A DNA stretch of 64,000 nt, from contig CM114271.1 of assembly GCA_050084515.1 (NCBI GenBank), forward strand, positions 1 through 64,000, given 5' to 3'. This document shows positions 11,365-23,609 of the stretch, one piece after another. The DNA is from Blasia pusilla (Eukaryota). The notes below the pieces were generated by a model. The model did not search any database. It was not told the DNA's origin and saw only the letters and a list, made by a program, of their open reading frames with translations. The translations under genes were made by a program, and so were the position numbers. The stretch's first letter is position 1. The number at the start of each line of letters is the position of its first letter.

Positions 11365-14300
11365 CAATGTTTTCATAGATCCGGAGTTACGAGTAGTGTT
11401 GGCCGGCACTTTTCGTGAATTTCGAATTTAGCAGGGAAAGTTCCGGCAGGACTTCCGGCGAGCCTTGCACATGCACCAGAATTTGACGGGGCGATGTCGG
11501 GGCTGACGGTGCTTGTCTGGATTCCAGCAGGAATCTGCCGGAATATGGCGGAGGGCTAACTGAATCCGACAGAAGACGATGGCTTCTCGGAATAAGCCTC
11601 CCGGAATGCTGCTGTTGTAATTCCCGACTACAGGAAATCAGGTACGTAGGTGGCATAGGGGGATTGGATGTCATGATGGACGGTTGGATGGAAATTAGTT
11701 TTTCATGTAGAGATCCGCAACGTCAAAACTTAGTGGGATGGTGGTGAACCCTAACCCGTATGCCCCTTAAGCCGTCCGATCTCCATCAACAGCTTTCTAG
11801 CCACGGGTTATGGGGGAAGCTGTGGCTTCGCGCCTGTCGAGCCTGGACCCAGGGAGGATGGGCCCTGGGGGTAGTCGCCGGGGAGGCCCTCCCCCCCCCC
11901 CGCCTCATTCGAACAATTTTCCTCTCCTCTCACTCGACGTTGGCAAAGCGCTGTCAGATTCCCGCCCGATCTCGACTCCCGCATTCGAACTCTTTTCTTC
12001 TCTACACAATGTCGAAGCAGCCGAAGTTGCCCAACTCCGCACTCGAGTTTGCAAATTCTTTGAGATTCTTCCGTGTCCGAACTCTTTTCTTCACTACACA
12101 GTGAAGAAGCAGCCAAACTCCGATTTCACAGATTTTCTCTCTCTGCAGTGCAGCTCCGCTCAACGTCTACCTTTGCGCAGCAACTCCGCTCAACGTTGGC
12201 TCCTGCTCAACTTCACGATAGCCTTGGCGGTCTGAGTTTCAACCTTGCGGCCTTGCCCCAATATCTCCCGTCAACGTCTGCTCATGCACGGCAGCTCTGC
12301 TCGACGTCCGCTTTTGCAAGACATCCTTGCCGGTCTGAGTTTTGGCCTTGCCCCAGCATTCTTGTCGACGTCCGCTCTAGCGCTACTGATCTGAATGTTT
12401 GATGTTTTTCCGCTCTCTGATTTGCTGCTGCTCGTTTTTGCTACTTTGCTGCTCTACGCTTTTCCTCTCCAGATCCGTACTTCAGTTTAGCGTTAGTGTA
12501 TTTTTTGTTTCGTTTTTCAGTAACATGATTTGGCTGTTGATTCATAGTGAGCCCCGTTGAAGTCTTGAAGTTGCAAATTGGCTTTCGTTATAGCCATTTT
12601 GCAACTGGTCTCCCGACTGTCATACTTGGGGATTGGTTCAATCCGACTGTCATATTTGGATATTGGATTCAATTTCCAGCTTGCAGAGATTAGTACCTTT
12701 TTTCACAAATACTCAGATGTTTAGATTAAGTTTACTGAAGTAAAGTTTAGGGTTTAGGGTTTAGTTAGTGCTTTGGAAGTTCGTGTTCTTGACTTGAAGC
12801 TTCGTAGCTCTATATCCGCCCGAACTCTTCCATCCGATTTGAAAGAACAGGCCATTTGCTTGAGCCTTGGCCACCTGTTGGTTTGTATACTTGTTTCCCG
12901 CATTCGAGTCTTTTTATTGTGGTTAAATGGCCAAGAGACAGAAGACCATGAGTGCTTTCTTAGACAAGGGATGCGGGAACGATGTTCCAGATATCATTGC
13001 ATTGTGTGGCTCATCTGATGATAAAGATGAACAACCTATGTCAAGCAGTAGTGCAGCCTTACCTCAGAAGTTTGTGTAGCTTGGAAGGACGTTTGGTATT
13101 CAATGTACGATTGGATTGACTATGATTCAGCCCTTGGTAGAATTTTTTAGGGTGTATGTAGGAAGGGTAAGGGGAAGAGTGCTTTTGCTAGAGATGGAGC
13201 AATCAATTGCAAAGTCTCTGCATTCATTGACCACGCCAAGTCCAATGAGCATATCAAACTGTCATGGGCTGCAAATGGAGGTAAGCAATCGATGGCCAAG
13301 GCCATTGCAACAACAAACCAAACTTGTGAAGTAGCCCTCCTAACATTGTTTAGGTGTGCATACTTCCTTGCGAAAGAGGCAATTCCATTTCTAAAATTCC
13401 TCAATCTCTGTAAGTTAATGCTTTCTGTAAATGCACATTTAACCAGAGATCTTTACCACGATGAAAAGAGTTGCAGTGAAATATCTTATTATATCAGCCA
13501 AGTTCTGCAGAGAATAACTCTTTCCAGAGTGCAGGCCTCTCCCTTTTTTGGTATCATGATTGATGAATCCACCGATATATTTGTTATAAGTCATTTAGTT
13601 GTGTTTGTCACTTTCATTGAAGAGGGTCAAGCAAAATGTTGTTTTCTAGGATTACTTCAATGCGAATCCAAATCTTCTAATGCCACTACTGAAACCTTGC
13701 TGCAACTAATCAAGGATGGAGGGTTGGAGTTTACCAAGATGGTAGCATTTGAATCTGATGGGGCCTCAACAATGGTAGGTAGTAGACAGGACAGGGGGTA
13801 GCTTCACAAATGAAGCAAAAGGTGAACCCCTACATTCTATATTCATTGTGTTGCTCGGAGGACAAATCTTATGCTTTGTCTTCCTAAAGAGCGATTGATT
13901 GCAAGTCGATCTCTACTGAAGTAGATTCCATTCTCAACGCTGTTACTGGTTACTTCCGGAGGTCCTCCAAGAGGAAAACAGTCCTAGCATCTTTGCAGGA
14001 GAAGTTCAATGACTCCCAACGAGTCATGAAAAGATACCATAAAATACGATGGTTATCTCGATGGCAAGTTGTTTCCACATTATGTGATTCTCTAGAATCG
14101 GTGTTGAGTTATTTCAGGGATATCTCTCCTTCAGAGGATGATGGGAATGCTGGTAATTTATTTAAGAAGCTAAGATCATTCCAAATGATCTACCAGTTGT
14201 ATTTTTTGGCTGATATTCTTTCCATGCTTGCAAATCTGAGCAAGATTTTTCAGTACAAGTTTGTGGATGTTAGCACTCTAGGGAGTATTGTAAATTCCAA

Positions 14301-15478
14301 GATAGCTTCCATCACTATGAATTTTATGATGGAAACACATGACTTAAATGCATCGACCTTCTCTGAAGAAACCAGTTATCCAAACCCCTTGCACATGCCT
14401 TCTAGACAAGTGGAATTGAATAGTTGGGGTTGTAAGGATCTTAATGATTTTTGTGGTCATTTTGAAGGTGAATTACCTCTTAAGGGTCAGTTGCAACCTG
14501 CTCTAATTAATTCTCCTATTGTGAAACAAGAGTTTCAGTCTTTCAAACTAATGGCTAGCACAGAGTGGAAGGATTGCAACTTTAGAGATATATGGGCTAT
14601 GGTAAGTTGGAGTCCCTCTTTGCAATGTAAATTTTCAAACTTGTTGGTTTTAGCAAATATTGCTAGAGTCCAATGTGTGAGTACTGCCATTTGTGAGAGA
14701 GCATTCTCCATTTAGAATATGATCAAAAGCAAATCTCGCAATAGATTGTCCACTAAATACTTAGATGCTGTTTTGAGAATTTCCTTAGAAGGATCTTTCT
14801 TTGATAATGAGGAGTTGTTAACTGACTATGTGGTGTTATGGAAAAATTCTGCCCATTTTAGGTATATATTTGCTAGTCCAAAAAAAATATTTGTCTTCAG
14901 ATGTGGGAGAAGACAACAGTGAAATGCTTGTTTAGTAGGATGTTTATAAATTTGTTTGGTAGGGCCCTTCTAGAATACTTGGAGCCCTAAAGCTCCAAGT
15001 ATTCTAGAGGGGGAGGATCCTTGGCTCCCAACCGGTGGGAGTATTATCAGGTTCAATTCTTGCCAAGGATATCATAGAATGTGGAATGGGGAACTTCAAT
15101 AGATGTACTTGAAAGTGAATAGAGTGTTTAGTCTTTAGAATCTAAGTCTTCAGATTGTAGATTTTGGGAGTGAATGAATAAGAAAAGGTGGAATTCCACA
15201 TGAATTTTTTTTTTTCCGGAAATATACCAACGGCCGGATTACTGTTGACGACTTGCAAAAAGAACGGAAATAAGCTGGAGAGCAGAAATTTGGACAGAAA
15301 TTTAACGCGGGAAGAAAAATAATTTTCGGATATCCACAGATTAATATTAAAAATATCAGAAAAAAACTTGTACACATGATAACACCCTCTTGGAGCCGGT
15401 AACCTGTAAAAGAAATCGGGTAATAGAAAATATTACCAGTAATACTCTGGTAGTTCAAAAAAATCTTCCCGAACCCTG
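11365..15478 (+). mobile_element. Full-extent hAT DNA transposon (4114 bp) with 8-bp TSD
   Basis: Flanked by identical GCCGTTAC at 11357-11364 and 15479-15486. Imperfect TIRs (CAATGTT... vs CAGGGTT... on the minus strand). Contains a transposase remnant. Confidence 0.92.
12927..14922 (+). pseudogene. hAT transposase pseudogene
   Basis: SPFFGIMIDESTD, FESDGASTMVG, IRWLSRW, VSTAICERAFS, KSKSRNRL; stops and frameshifts; internal deletion near 14375 relative to the telomeric copy. Confidence 0.92.
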
Positions 15479-15628
15479 GCCGTTACCACCTGTAAGTATC
15501 TATCCATGGGACCATTTGCTCACAAATTTATTTATTTTTAAATTTTTATATAATATTATCCGAATAATAGCATGTTTTAAATACGTTATCCTCTTTTAAT
15601 TAAGAACACCTTGTTGTTGTTAATTTTA

Positions 15629-16960
15629 CTAGTGAATTTCCCGGGCCATGCAGTTATATAAATATTTTTTCAATTAGGAGATTAAAAATTTTATTTTTCT
15701 TCAAGATTATTTAATGGCATGAAAAAATATTTTCATTTTATCATTTAAAAATTAATTATACAACAAATATTTAGTCATGTTTAAATTTTTAATATTTTAA
15801 TCATTATTGTAATATCTCCTCACATACAACATTTCTAGTATAACTACGTTAGTTGTTGGATGTTGACAAGGTGGATAGACCTACTAGTGCCTACCCTAGA
15901 TAAAGCCACGTAAAATTGAAGTTGACCTTGGGTAAATATATTCCAATTTTTTGTAAGTTTGAATACTTTAATATTGTTGGGTGGGAGTAAACAGGTGGCG
16001 AGTTCGATCCTCACCAGAGATACTTTTAAGGTGGTGGGTATGGCCGTGAATTGATATTCAATTGTGGGTGACATGTTAGCGGATTTGAGGCTTTCACACG
16101 CCACAATTTGCGTGGAAGGCTTCAAGGAAAAGCGGGAAAGAGGACTGCCAAAAGCTACAGCTCAAAGGGGTAAGTGGGAAGGAGACTACCATGTGCACTA
16201 CGTGAAAGAATTTTTTTTGGAACAATCGTCCCAAGCTATCGGAATCGAAATTGGAAAGGAGATCGCCATATGCACTACGTGAAATTTTGTTTCTGGAGAA
16301 GCTGGAAGGAGACTTCCAAGGAACTATCGCTCCACATACTACTGTGAAGAGATAGCACAAACATTGAATAGCACAAACACAGAATAATACTATGAAGAGA
16401 CAGCACAAGCATCGACGAAAACCTGCTGAGCTCTTGGAATTGCGTGCGTTGCAACGTAAGAAGACACAACACAAACATTAACTCGCACCTTATTGACACC
16501 TTGCTGAGCTCTTGGAACCACGGGTGTTGCAAGGTAGAGAAGACACAACACAAACATTCACTCACACCTTGTTGACACCTTGCTGAACTCTTGGAACCAC
16601 TTGTGTTGCAAGGTAGAGAAGACACAACACAAACATTCACTCGCACCTTGTTGATATCTTGCTGAGCTCTTGGAACCACGGGTGTTGCAAGGTAGAGAAG
16701 ACACAACACAAACATTCACTCACACCTTGTTGACACCTTGCTGAGCTCTTGGAACCACGAGTGTTGCAAGGTAGAGAAGACACAATACAAACATTCACTC
16801 ACACCTTACTGAGCTCTTGGAACCGCTGATTTAAACAATGTTTTGTACCGCTGCTCCACCAAAATCTTAGACAATCTATCTCCTTACAAATCTGTATGTC
16901 TACCTCCACTTACACTATAAACAAAGCAAAGACAAACTAATAGGCGCAAATCAGATTTGA
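15629..16960 (-). mobile_element. Non-autonomous Helitron remnant
   Basis: The minus strand encodes the PIF1 helicase tail IFTQGQLQFYVALSRVG...RNVVCEEIL*, followed by a GC-rich GCATGGCCCGGG and terminal CTAG|T at 15632-15629. The 5' boundary is uncertain. Confidence 0.7.
16420..16825 (+). repeat. Tandem minisatellite, 79-bp unit, about 5 copies
   Basis: The GAGCTCTTGGAA anchor recurs at 16428, 16506, 16585, 16664, 16743 and 16811. Confidence 0.95.
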
Positions 16961-17166
16961 CAGCAAACTCTCACCTCGAAAGACACCAAGCGCTCTTAAC
17001 CTCTTCTCACTTTTTCACCACAGCTGTCCTCCATATCAGGTCCTCCAGATTTCACCATGGCTTTCAAAATGTTCCAACCAATATAAGCACATTAGCTCAA
17101 TACCAAAGTCTCCTCCTCTACCCTAACTTCATGGCTATATGCTCGATTCCACCAAATACAGAGGTG

Positions 17167-19990
17167 TGTCACTTCTTTTAAGACAGATCGGTGAGATCTA
17201 GTAGAGTGCCTTTGCAAGTAGTGGAGGATAGACTCAGGTCGTTGAGGATGACCTACTGAGGCCCCGAAAAACCTTAGAGAGTAGGTTTCCCCTTCATTTC
17301 GGCTCATTTGGAGCCATATTCATGAACTTACTATTTTAGGTAAGGTACCATTTTGAATAGGGTAGAATTTAGGGTTTAGGGTAAGTGACCCTTGACCTTC
17401 TACATCAAGTCTAGAGCCAAGGAGGTGACTTGGGAGCATAGGTTACCATGGAGAGTGCTTGGGAGAGGGGAGGGGTATCCTTCAAGGACCCAAGCCTTTC
17501 ATTAGGAGAGTGGGTTTGGTTTGTCATTAAGAGAGATATGTGAGAGTGCACACATTTGAGAGCTATGGTGTTGAGAGAGATTAGATCTTGATTTACAAAG
17601 AGATAATGAGATGAGTGAGAGAGCTTCATGGGGGAGCTCGCTGGTGACTCGATCGCTGGTTTTGCAGGTTGGGGGTCGTAATCCCCATTTAGCGGTGCAT
17701 GGGAGTGCTCATCGGAGCTTGAGCCGCTCATTTTTTTATGTTTCCTTTGCCGTTTTTTTGTGTGGAAGAGTAGCAAGCGGAAGCGCTGCCCAATTTTTTA
17801 TAGGGATTGAGTACGGGGAAAAATTTCTCCATGCCCGTGCTCTCAAGAGCACCTTGTAGCTTGCTAATTTTTATTTTCATAGGTTTTACATTTTCGTTGG
17901 AGAAATCAGCGTGGAAGCGTTGCCAAATTTTGTGAAGGAGAAAGAGACATTGGGCTTTACAATAGTCCCCGTCAATTTTTATTGTAATGTTTGATTGAAA
18001 ATATTTTTGGACACCGTAATAGATTGTGAAGCTCTGCACGCTGTGTAATAGACGATGCGTAATTTGGAGTTGCAAGCAAAAATTATGGTCAATCTTGAAA
18101 AACTGCCATTGATAGGCCTTTTTTAGGGTTAAATTGTTCAAACCCTAAATCAGCCGCCGCGCCTGCGCCGGCCTTCGCCATCATAGTCATCATCAACGGT
18201 CCATCGTTGACAGTCCACCGTCACCATCAACGATCCACCGTCCACTATTGACCATCGTCGGTGCTGCCTAGCGCAACTCAGAGCCGCGTTTGGCCGTTAT
18301 CAACCCTTGGTTGTCATTGCCGTCATTACGGAGTATAGGATCTTCCACGATGACCGTTGATTCTCTGACTTGCGTCGCCACCACGTACTTTGTTTTGGCC
18401 GCCACTATCACTACAGTTTTGTCAACAACCTATGATGGCAGGTGACCTTGGATTATGGTATTTGAGTTTTCATTTCATGCTGCGATGTTGTGATTGGTAG
18501 CCGCTCCACGTGGATTGAGTATCGTGCCGTGACGCCCGTAACCGCAACGCGCCGCTGATTGTCGTGCCATGCCGCTCGTGGCCGCACCGCACCATCTCGA
18601 TCATAGAGCCACTCCTTCACTAAGGAATAGAGCGTGGGAATTGCTGATTCAGGAGGGCACGCCGCCAAGTGCCGCACCCCATTCTCGAGTGTCGTGCCGT
18701 TTGTAGCTGTTCCGTGCCGCCAATGCCACACCATACATCGAGGATGTTTGAGCAGCGTCAGTATGAGAGGAGTATAACATGACCGACTTGGGGTCAAGAT
18801 TTTTAGTTGCCGAGGAGCGACATCGACATTATTGTAAGGTTACCCATTGTGGTCTCTTAGCCTCCATTATTGTGAGGGATTTTCAGGTATTGGGAAGTTA
18901 TTTGGGATATTGGGTTTCGTGTTGATATTGAGAGCATCGATGATATATGGTTTTAGGGGACATAGACCTATGTGGGATGTCCATAGTTGAGGATGGTTTG
19001 TCGATGAGATGATAGACCAGTTGATTTTCCGTACCACGCCGCTTATTGCTGTATAACACACGTCTCAGTCACAGAGGGTAGATTGAGTGCCGCATGTTTA
19101 GTTTGAGTGATTGAGGGATTACTCGTGAGATTGAGAGTGATCGTATGAGAGGGGACACGAGGGCCATCACGGCATCCTTTTGGGATTTTGAGAGGCGAGG
19201 TAGTGGACCTGAGAGTAGCTCTTGAGGGTTTAACCGGAGTGGTGCGAGGTTTTGAGGGTCTTCACGTGAGAGACCACCTCGATCTCCTTCTGTGTCATCT
19301 TCAAAATGGGAGAGCATGTAGAGGAGTGTATTAGTGATACACATTGAGTGGTCCTACCAGTTGGGCATACGAGATGGATGATCGCGGTAGAGGACCACGT
19401 AGGTTTTCGGATGTTATACGCACTATGGAGTTGCATAACTTCATTGCGGAGCTTAGGAGTTGGTATGACTCACTGCGGGCTAGGAAATCTAGAGAGTTCA
19501 ACCCGTTTACAACATGGAACGGTATGTTCTAGAACTTAGAGGGGGCGCCCATGAACGATTATCATGAGTTCTTCCACCGATATGCCCAGGAGATTGAGGA
19601 ATGATGACTTTACTATAACCCATAGTATGTGTCATGGACGAAGCCATTCCCACATAAGGAGGAGGAGTCAGGAGAGGCTACTTCCTCTTCCACTAGTGAT
19701 GTTTTAAGAGGGATCACTCGCAGTGGAGCAGTTGCACCGTCTAGTTGGGTTCGTCCCAGATTCAACCCCGTGGTTGAATTCTTCGCTGAGTTGAGGGCGA
19801 GCTACCAAGGGGTACGGACGGAGAAGTTGCGGAGCATCCACGACTTCCAGAGGTGCCCGGATGAGAATTTGTGTGAGGCTTACACTCACTTGAGCCGATT
19901 GATCAACCTCACTCAAGGGGTGATAGAGGCTAAGGCTATCCAATCATGGTACGCGATGCTCGACCGGGCCCTATGGATACGGGTGCGGGA
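17167..19990 (+). mobile_element. Ty3/gypsy LTR retrotransposon 5' part (LTR ~17167-17775, long leader, degenerate gag)
   Basis: Starts TGTCAC and is colinear with 61105-63180. Gag-like FQRCPDENLCEAYTHLSRLI within 19629-19990. Interrupted by a copia element. Confidence 0.8.
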
Positions 19991-22578
19991 TATTAAAGAT
20001 TGAGTTACAATCAAGCTCATAAGACACCTAAATTGCTACATTTGTTATTCACACGAAGTAGGGAAGCTTAATCTTGGTTAGTCAATTAAGCACGATTATC
20101 TTAACTATAGTTAGTTAATCACAGTTAGTCTAACTCAAGACTATGGTTAAGATTAGGGTTAGGATTTCTTGTACATACCCTATATAATTGAGAAGGGGAC
20201 CAGTCTCCATTCAATCTCTCATTGCAAATTTCGTTCTCCATGGTGGTGTGTGTGTGTGTGAGAGCCATTTTCCACAAATTATGCTTGTTCCACATGGTAT
20301 CAGAGCAATAAGAGAACATCACTTGACATTCTTAGTGTTTGAGGAGAGAAGAGAGACAAAAGAAGGCACAATTTCAATTTCAGAGAAGGAAGTTTTATTG
20401 AGAGCTCAGTGGGTGCAGATTTTAGGTGGAGCTTTGACGGTGATAAAACTTTAGAGGCGCTTTTGAAGGCTTTCCCGATGGATTTAGCCATCTAGGTCTG
20501 CAACGGCTAGAATGAAGTCAAAAGCTAGTTCTGAATGACTTGTAGATCTCGTTGAAGGCTTTCCAACGCACCTAAAATTTCTCGATTTTGACATTCTGAG
20601 CTCCTGCAACAGTAATTTTAGTGTAGGAAAGTGCAATTAATGAAGAAAAGTTGTGAAGTTTGCTTTCTACAAGCCAATTTTGAGTAGTTCTTTCATACAC
20701 TTGATCAATTTTGGAAAATTTCAAGTTGATTTCTGTGTAGGAGTGGTCTATGCTTCAATTAGAGTAGTAGAAAGCCTGAAATTACATTTTTGTAAGTGAA
20801 ATCGTTCGTCATGGAGTATTCCTCAACAACAATCACAGTCGAGAAGCTAAATAAGAAGAATTATAATGTCTGGAAGTTTCGCATGAAAAAATTTCTTATG
20901 GGTCAAGAACTATGGGAGCTTGTCATAGATGATGAGCCTAAGCTAGAAGATGACTCAACAGACTTGAATGTTCACGCTTGGAACAAACGCGCAAGGCAAG
21001 TAATCCATTACATTTCAATAACGATCAGTTCTCCAATGATAGGTCACATTCAAGATGTTGATACTTCAAAGGAGATCTGGGATGCATTGGAAAAGCTGTT
21101 ACAGACATCTACAAAGGCCAAAAATCTTCAATTAAAATAGCAATTGAACGAAGTCAGGAAAAGATCGCAGAGCATCAATGATTATATTTTGAGTATAAGA
21201 CATATTGTTGATCAATTGAATAGCTTTGGAGTCAAAGTAGAAGATGATGATTTGATTTTGTTCACTCTTCAAGACCTTCCAAAGGATTACAAGTCCTTTA
21301 AGACCTCTATTTATGTGAGAGAGAAGTATCCAATCTTTCAAGAGTTAGTCCCTTTGTTAATCAATGAAGAGATGCACCTAGTAGGCAACGGTAGCTCGTA
21401 TAGTCTGCAAGAGAGTGCACTATTTGCATGTTATGGATCAAACAGAGGCAGGGGTCGTGGTAGAAACTTTTGTGGTCGTGGTGGATATCAAGCATATGGA
21501 GGAAAAGACACTTAATATAACATCACTCAATGAATTGTGAACCAGTATCACACACAATTATAAGGTGATGATGACGGAAACCGTTGGGGTTGAGGTTAGT
21601 AGTAGAGGGTCCTTGGATCTTGCAATTACTGTGGAATAAAGAGTTACTATGCAAAGTTTTTCTTCAAGAAGAAGGTAGATATGAGAATATGAGTCTTACA
21701 ACAACAAAACTATGTAGAGCAACAACATCAAGAGTAATACCAAGAACAACAACATTCACAAACGGAACATCTCTTGGTCATATCTTATCATATGGGAGGA
21801 ATGGTCAAGAAAAACTCGATAGCAGATGGGTACGTTGACTCTAGTGCATCAAATCACATGATCTCACAAACTAAATGGTTCAGTAGTTGAGAGCCGGTGA
21901 AAGATCCTACAATTGTGCTCATAGAAGATGACGCTCAACATCATATCACGCATACCGATAAAGTTCCAATAGCATCAGATGGTCTTTGTGCTCTTGGAAA
22001 TGTTCTCTATGTTCCTACCATTGCAAGAAACCTGATCTCTATATGACAGATAGTAGAACATGGTTATCAAGTGAAGTTAAACGTAGATGGTTATTTCATT
22101 GAAACAATGGATGACAAGATTACGATAGCCAAAGGAATTAGATCTGGTAAAATGTTCAAATTAGATGTTTCTATGCTTGAGATTCAAACAGCAATATATG
22201 GTCAAACCGGCCAACAAATCACAGATCTAAATGTGTGGCATAAAAGAATTGGATATTAGAATCTTCAAAAATTATAGAATCTTTCATCATCTAATATAGT
22301 AATAGGACTCCCTAAATTAGCGAGTCTGACTACGTTAGAGGTATGTCCTGTTTGCCAATTTGGAAAACAAATTAGATTTCCTTTTCTAAAGCAAGGTAGA
22401 AGAGCATCCAAGATATTCGAGTGGATTCACAATGATGTGTGGACAACATCACAACATAACCTTAGTGGTTGCCAGTACTTTCTTTCATTTATTGATGATT
22501 TCTCTACTTTCAGAGTTCTAGTAGAGAAGTAGACTTGAGAACACATTCTGAAATTGCATTGTGATGGTGAAGGTGATT
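19991..22578 (+). mobile_element. Ty1/copia retrotransposon, 3'-truncated pseudo-element
   Basis: LTR ends ...CCACA at 20294; Met-tRNA PBS TGGTATCAGAGC at 20295-20306. Gag EKLNKKNYNVWKFRM, zinc knuckle CNYCG, protease WYVDSSASNHM, WHKRIG...CPVCQFGKQ, integrase start WIHNDVW. No RT. LTR start is approximate. Confidence 0.93.
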
Positions 22579-22579
22579 T

Positions 22580-23050
22580 AGCTGGATTTACAATCGTTAG
22601 GCATCTTTCTTTCCGGCTCCAGAGCTTACCCTTTCTCCGGCAAGCTCTTGTTATAATTTTGGTTCCTCCCCAGCCAAACCTGTCATGTCCTCATCCATGC
22701 ACTCTTGTTCGACGGCATGCTTCTTCTCCGCCTGGCTTCCAATTTCTCAGCTGTCGGACTATTCGTTTTGAAGAAAGACCGGTGTATTACGAGGTAAATG
22801 TGAGTGCATTTCATATCAACTGTAGCCGGATAACCTGGCGTTGGTGGGAGTAAGCGCGTACTCCATAGGCTCTCCAGATTTGTACTTCTCTTGCCAATCA
22901 CGATTGAAGTGGAACTTATTCCGAGTCGGAATTGAACGGGGTATGTACAAGGTGCTCGATCGAAACACTAGTATCTTATCTGTTTGAAGCTCTAGTACTG
23001 AAGTATAGAATCCATTGTATTTTTTGGGCCTCCATTGTGTCATGGATTCA
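22580..23050 (+). repeat. Segmental duplication block X (inverted homologue of ~40660-41160)
   Basis: Near-identical translated peptides from 22683-22901(-) and 40748-41044(+). Confidence 0.9.
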
Positions 23051-23609
23051 AAGTGAGTATGGGCACACATAGTATAGGGCTACAACTGAGTCCTAGGGAG
23101 TGCCTACGCCGTGATAATGTCTACAGTTCCCGTTTGAGATATTTCCATGGAGTATTTCTAACACCCATTCATATCGCACATGAGATTAACTCGTCTATAC
23201 ATCGCTCCAAAAGTTTGTGCTCGACATTGAAACTGAAACTTGTGGGTGTGCCTGCCTGATACTGAAATCAAGAGCGCGATGAACTTATATAGACCCGTGA
23301 TTGACTCATTTTAACTTGTGACACTAGCAAGACTGACGAGACTTTTCGACTAATCCTGGGCTCAATCATTGTGAATGTGTCTTGTTAGAGATTTTCTGAT
23401 TTCAAGGAATTGGTTTCTAACTCTGCCATGTATTGATCCAACACTTACTCACATGTGCGTACATTTTCCTTTTCTTGTGGTTTGTTCAGTAAACGTAACA
23501 TTTCTTTGAATGTATCACAAACAAGTGCTACAAGGACGGGGCTGTCTAGGCCATAAGCCGTGAAGGTAGCGATCACTAGATCTAGAGCGCACAATGTATG
23601 GTATTAATA

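Noticed and set aside
11387-12402. GC-rich ORFs in the hAT 5' region
   Set aside because: Low-complexity subterminal or leader sequence with overlapping ORFs on both strands and no domain.
16420-16825. CRISPR-like array
   Set aside because: Whole units repeat with no unique spacers; eukaryotic context; no cas genes.
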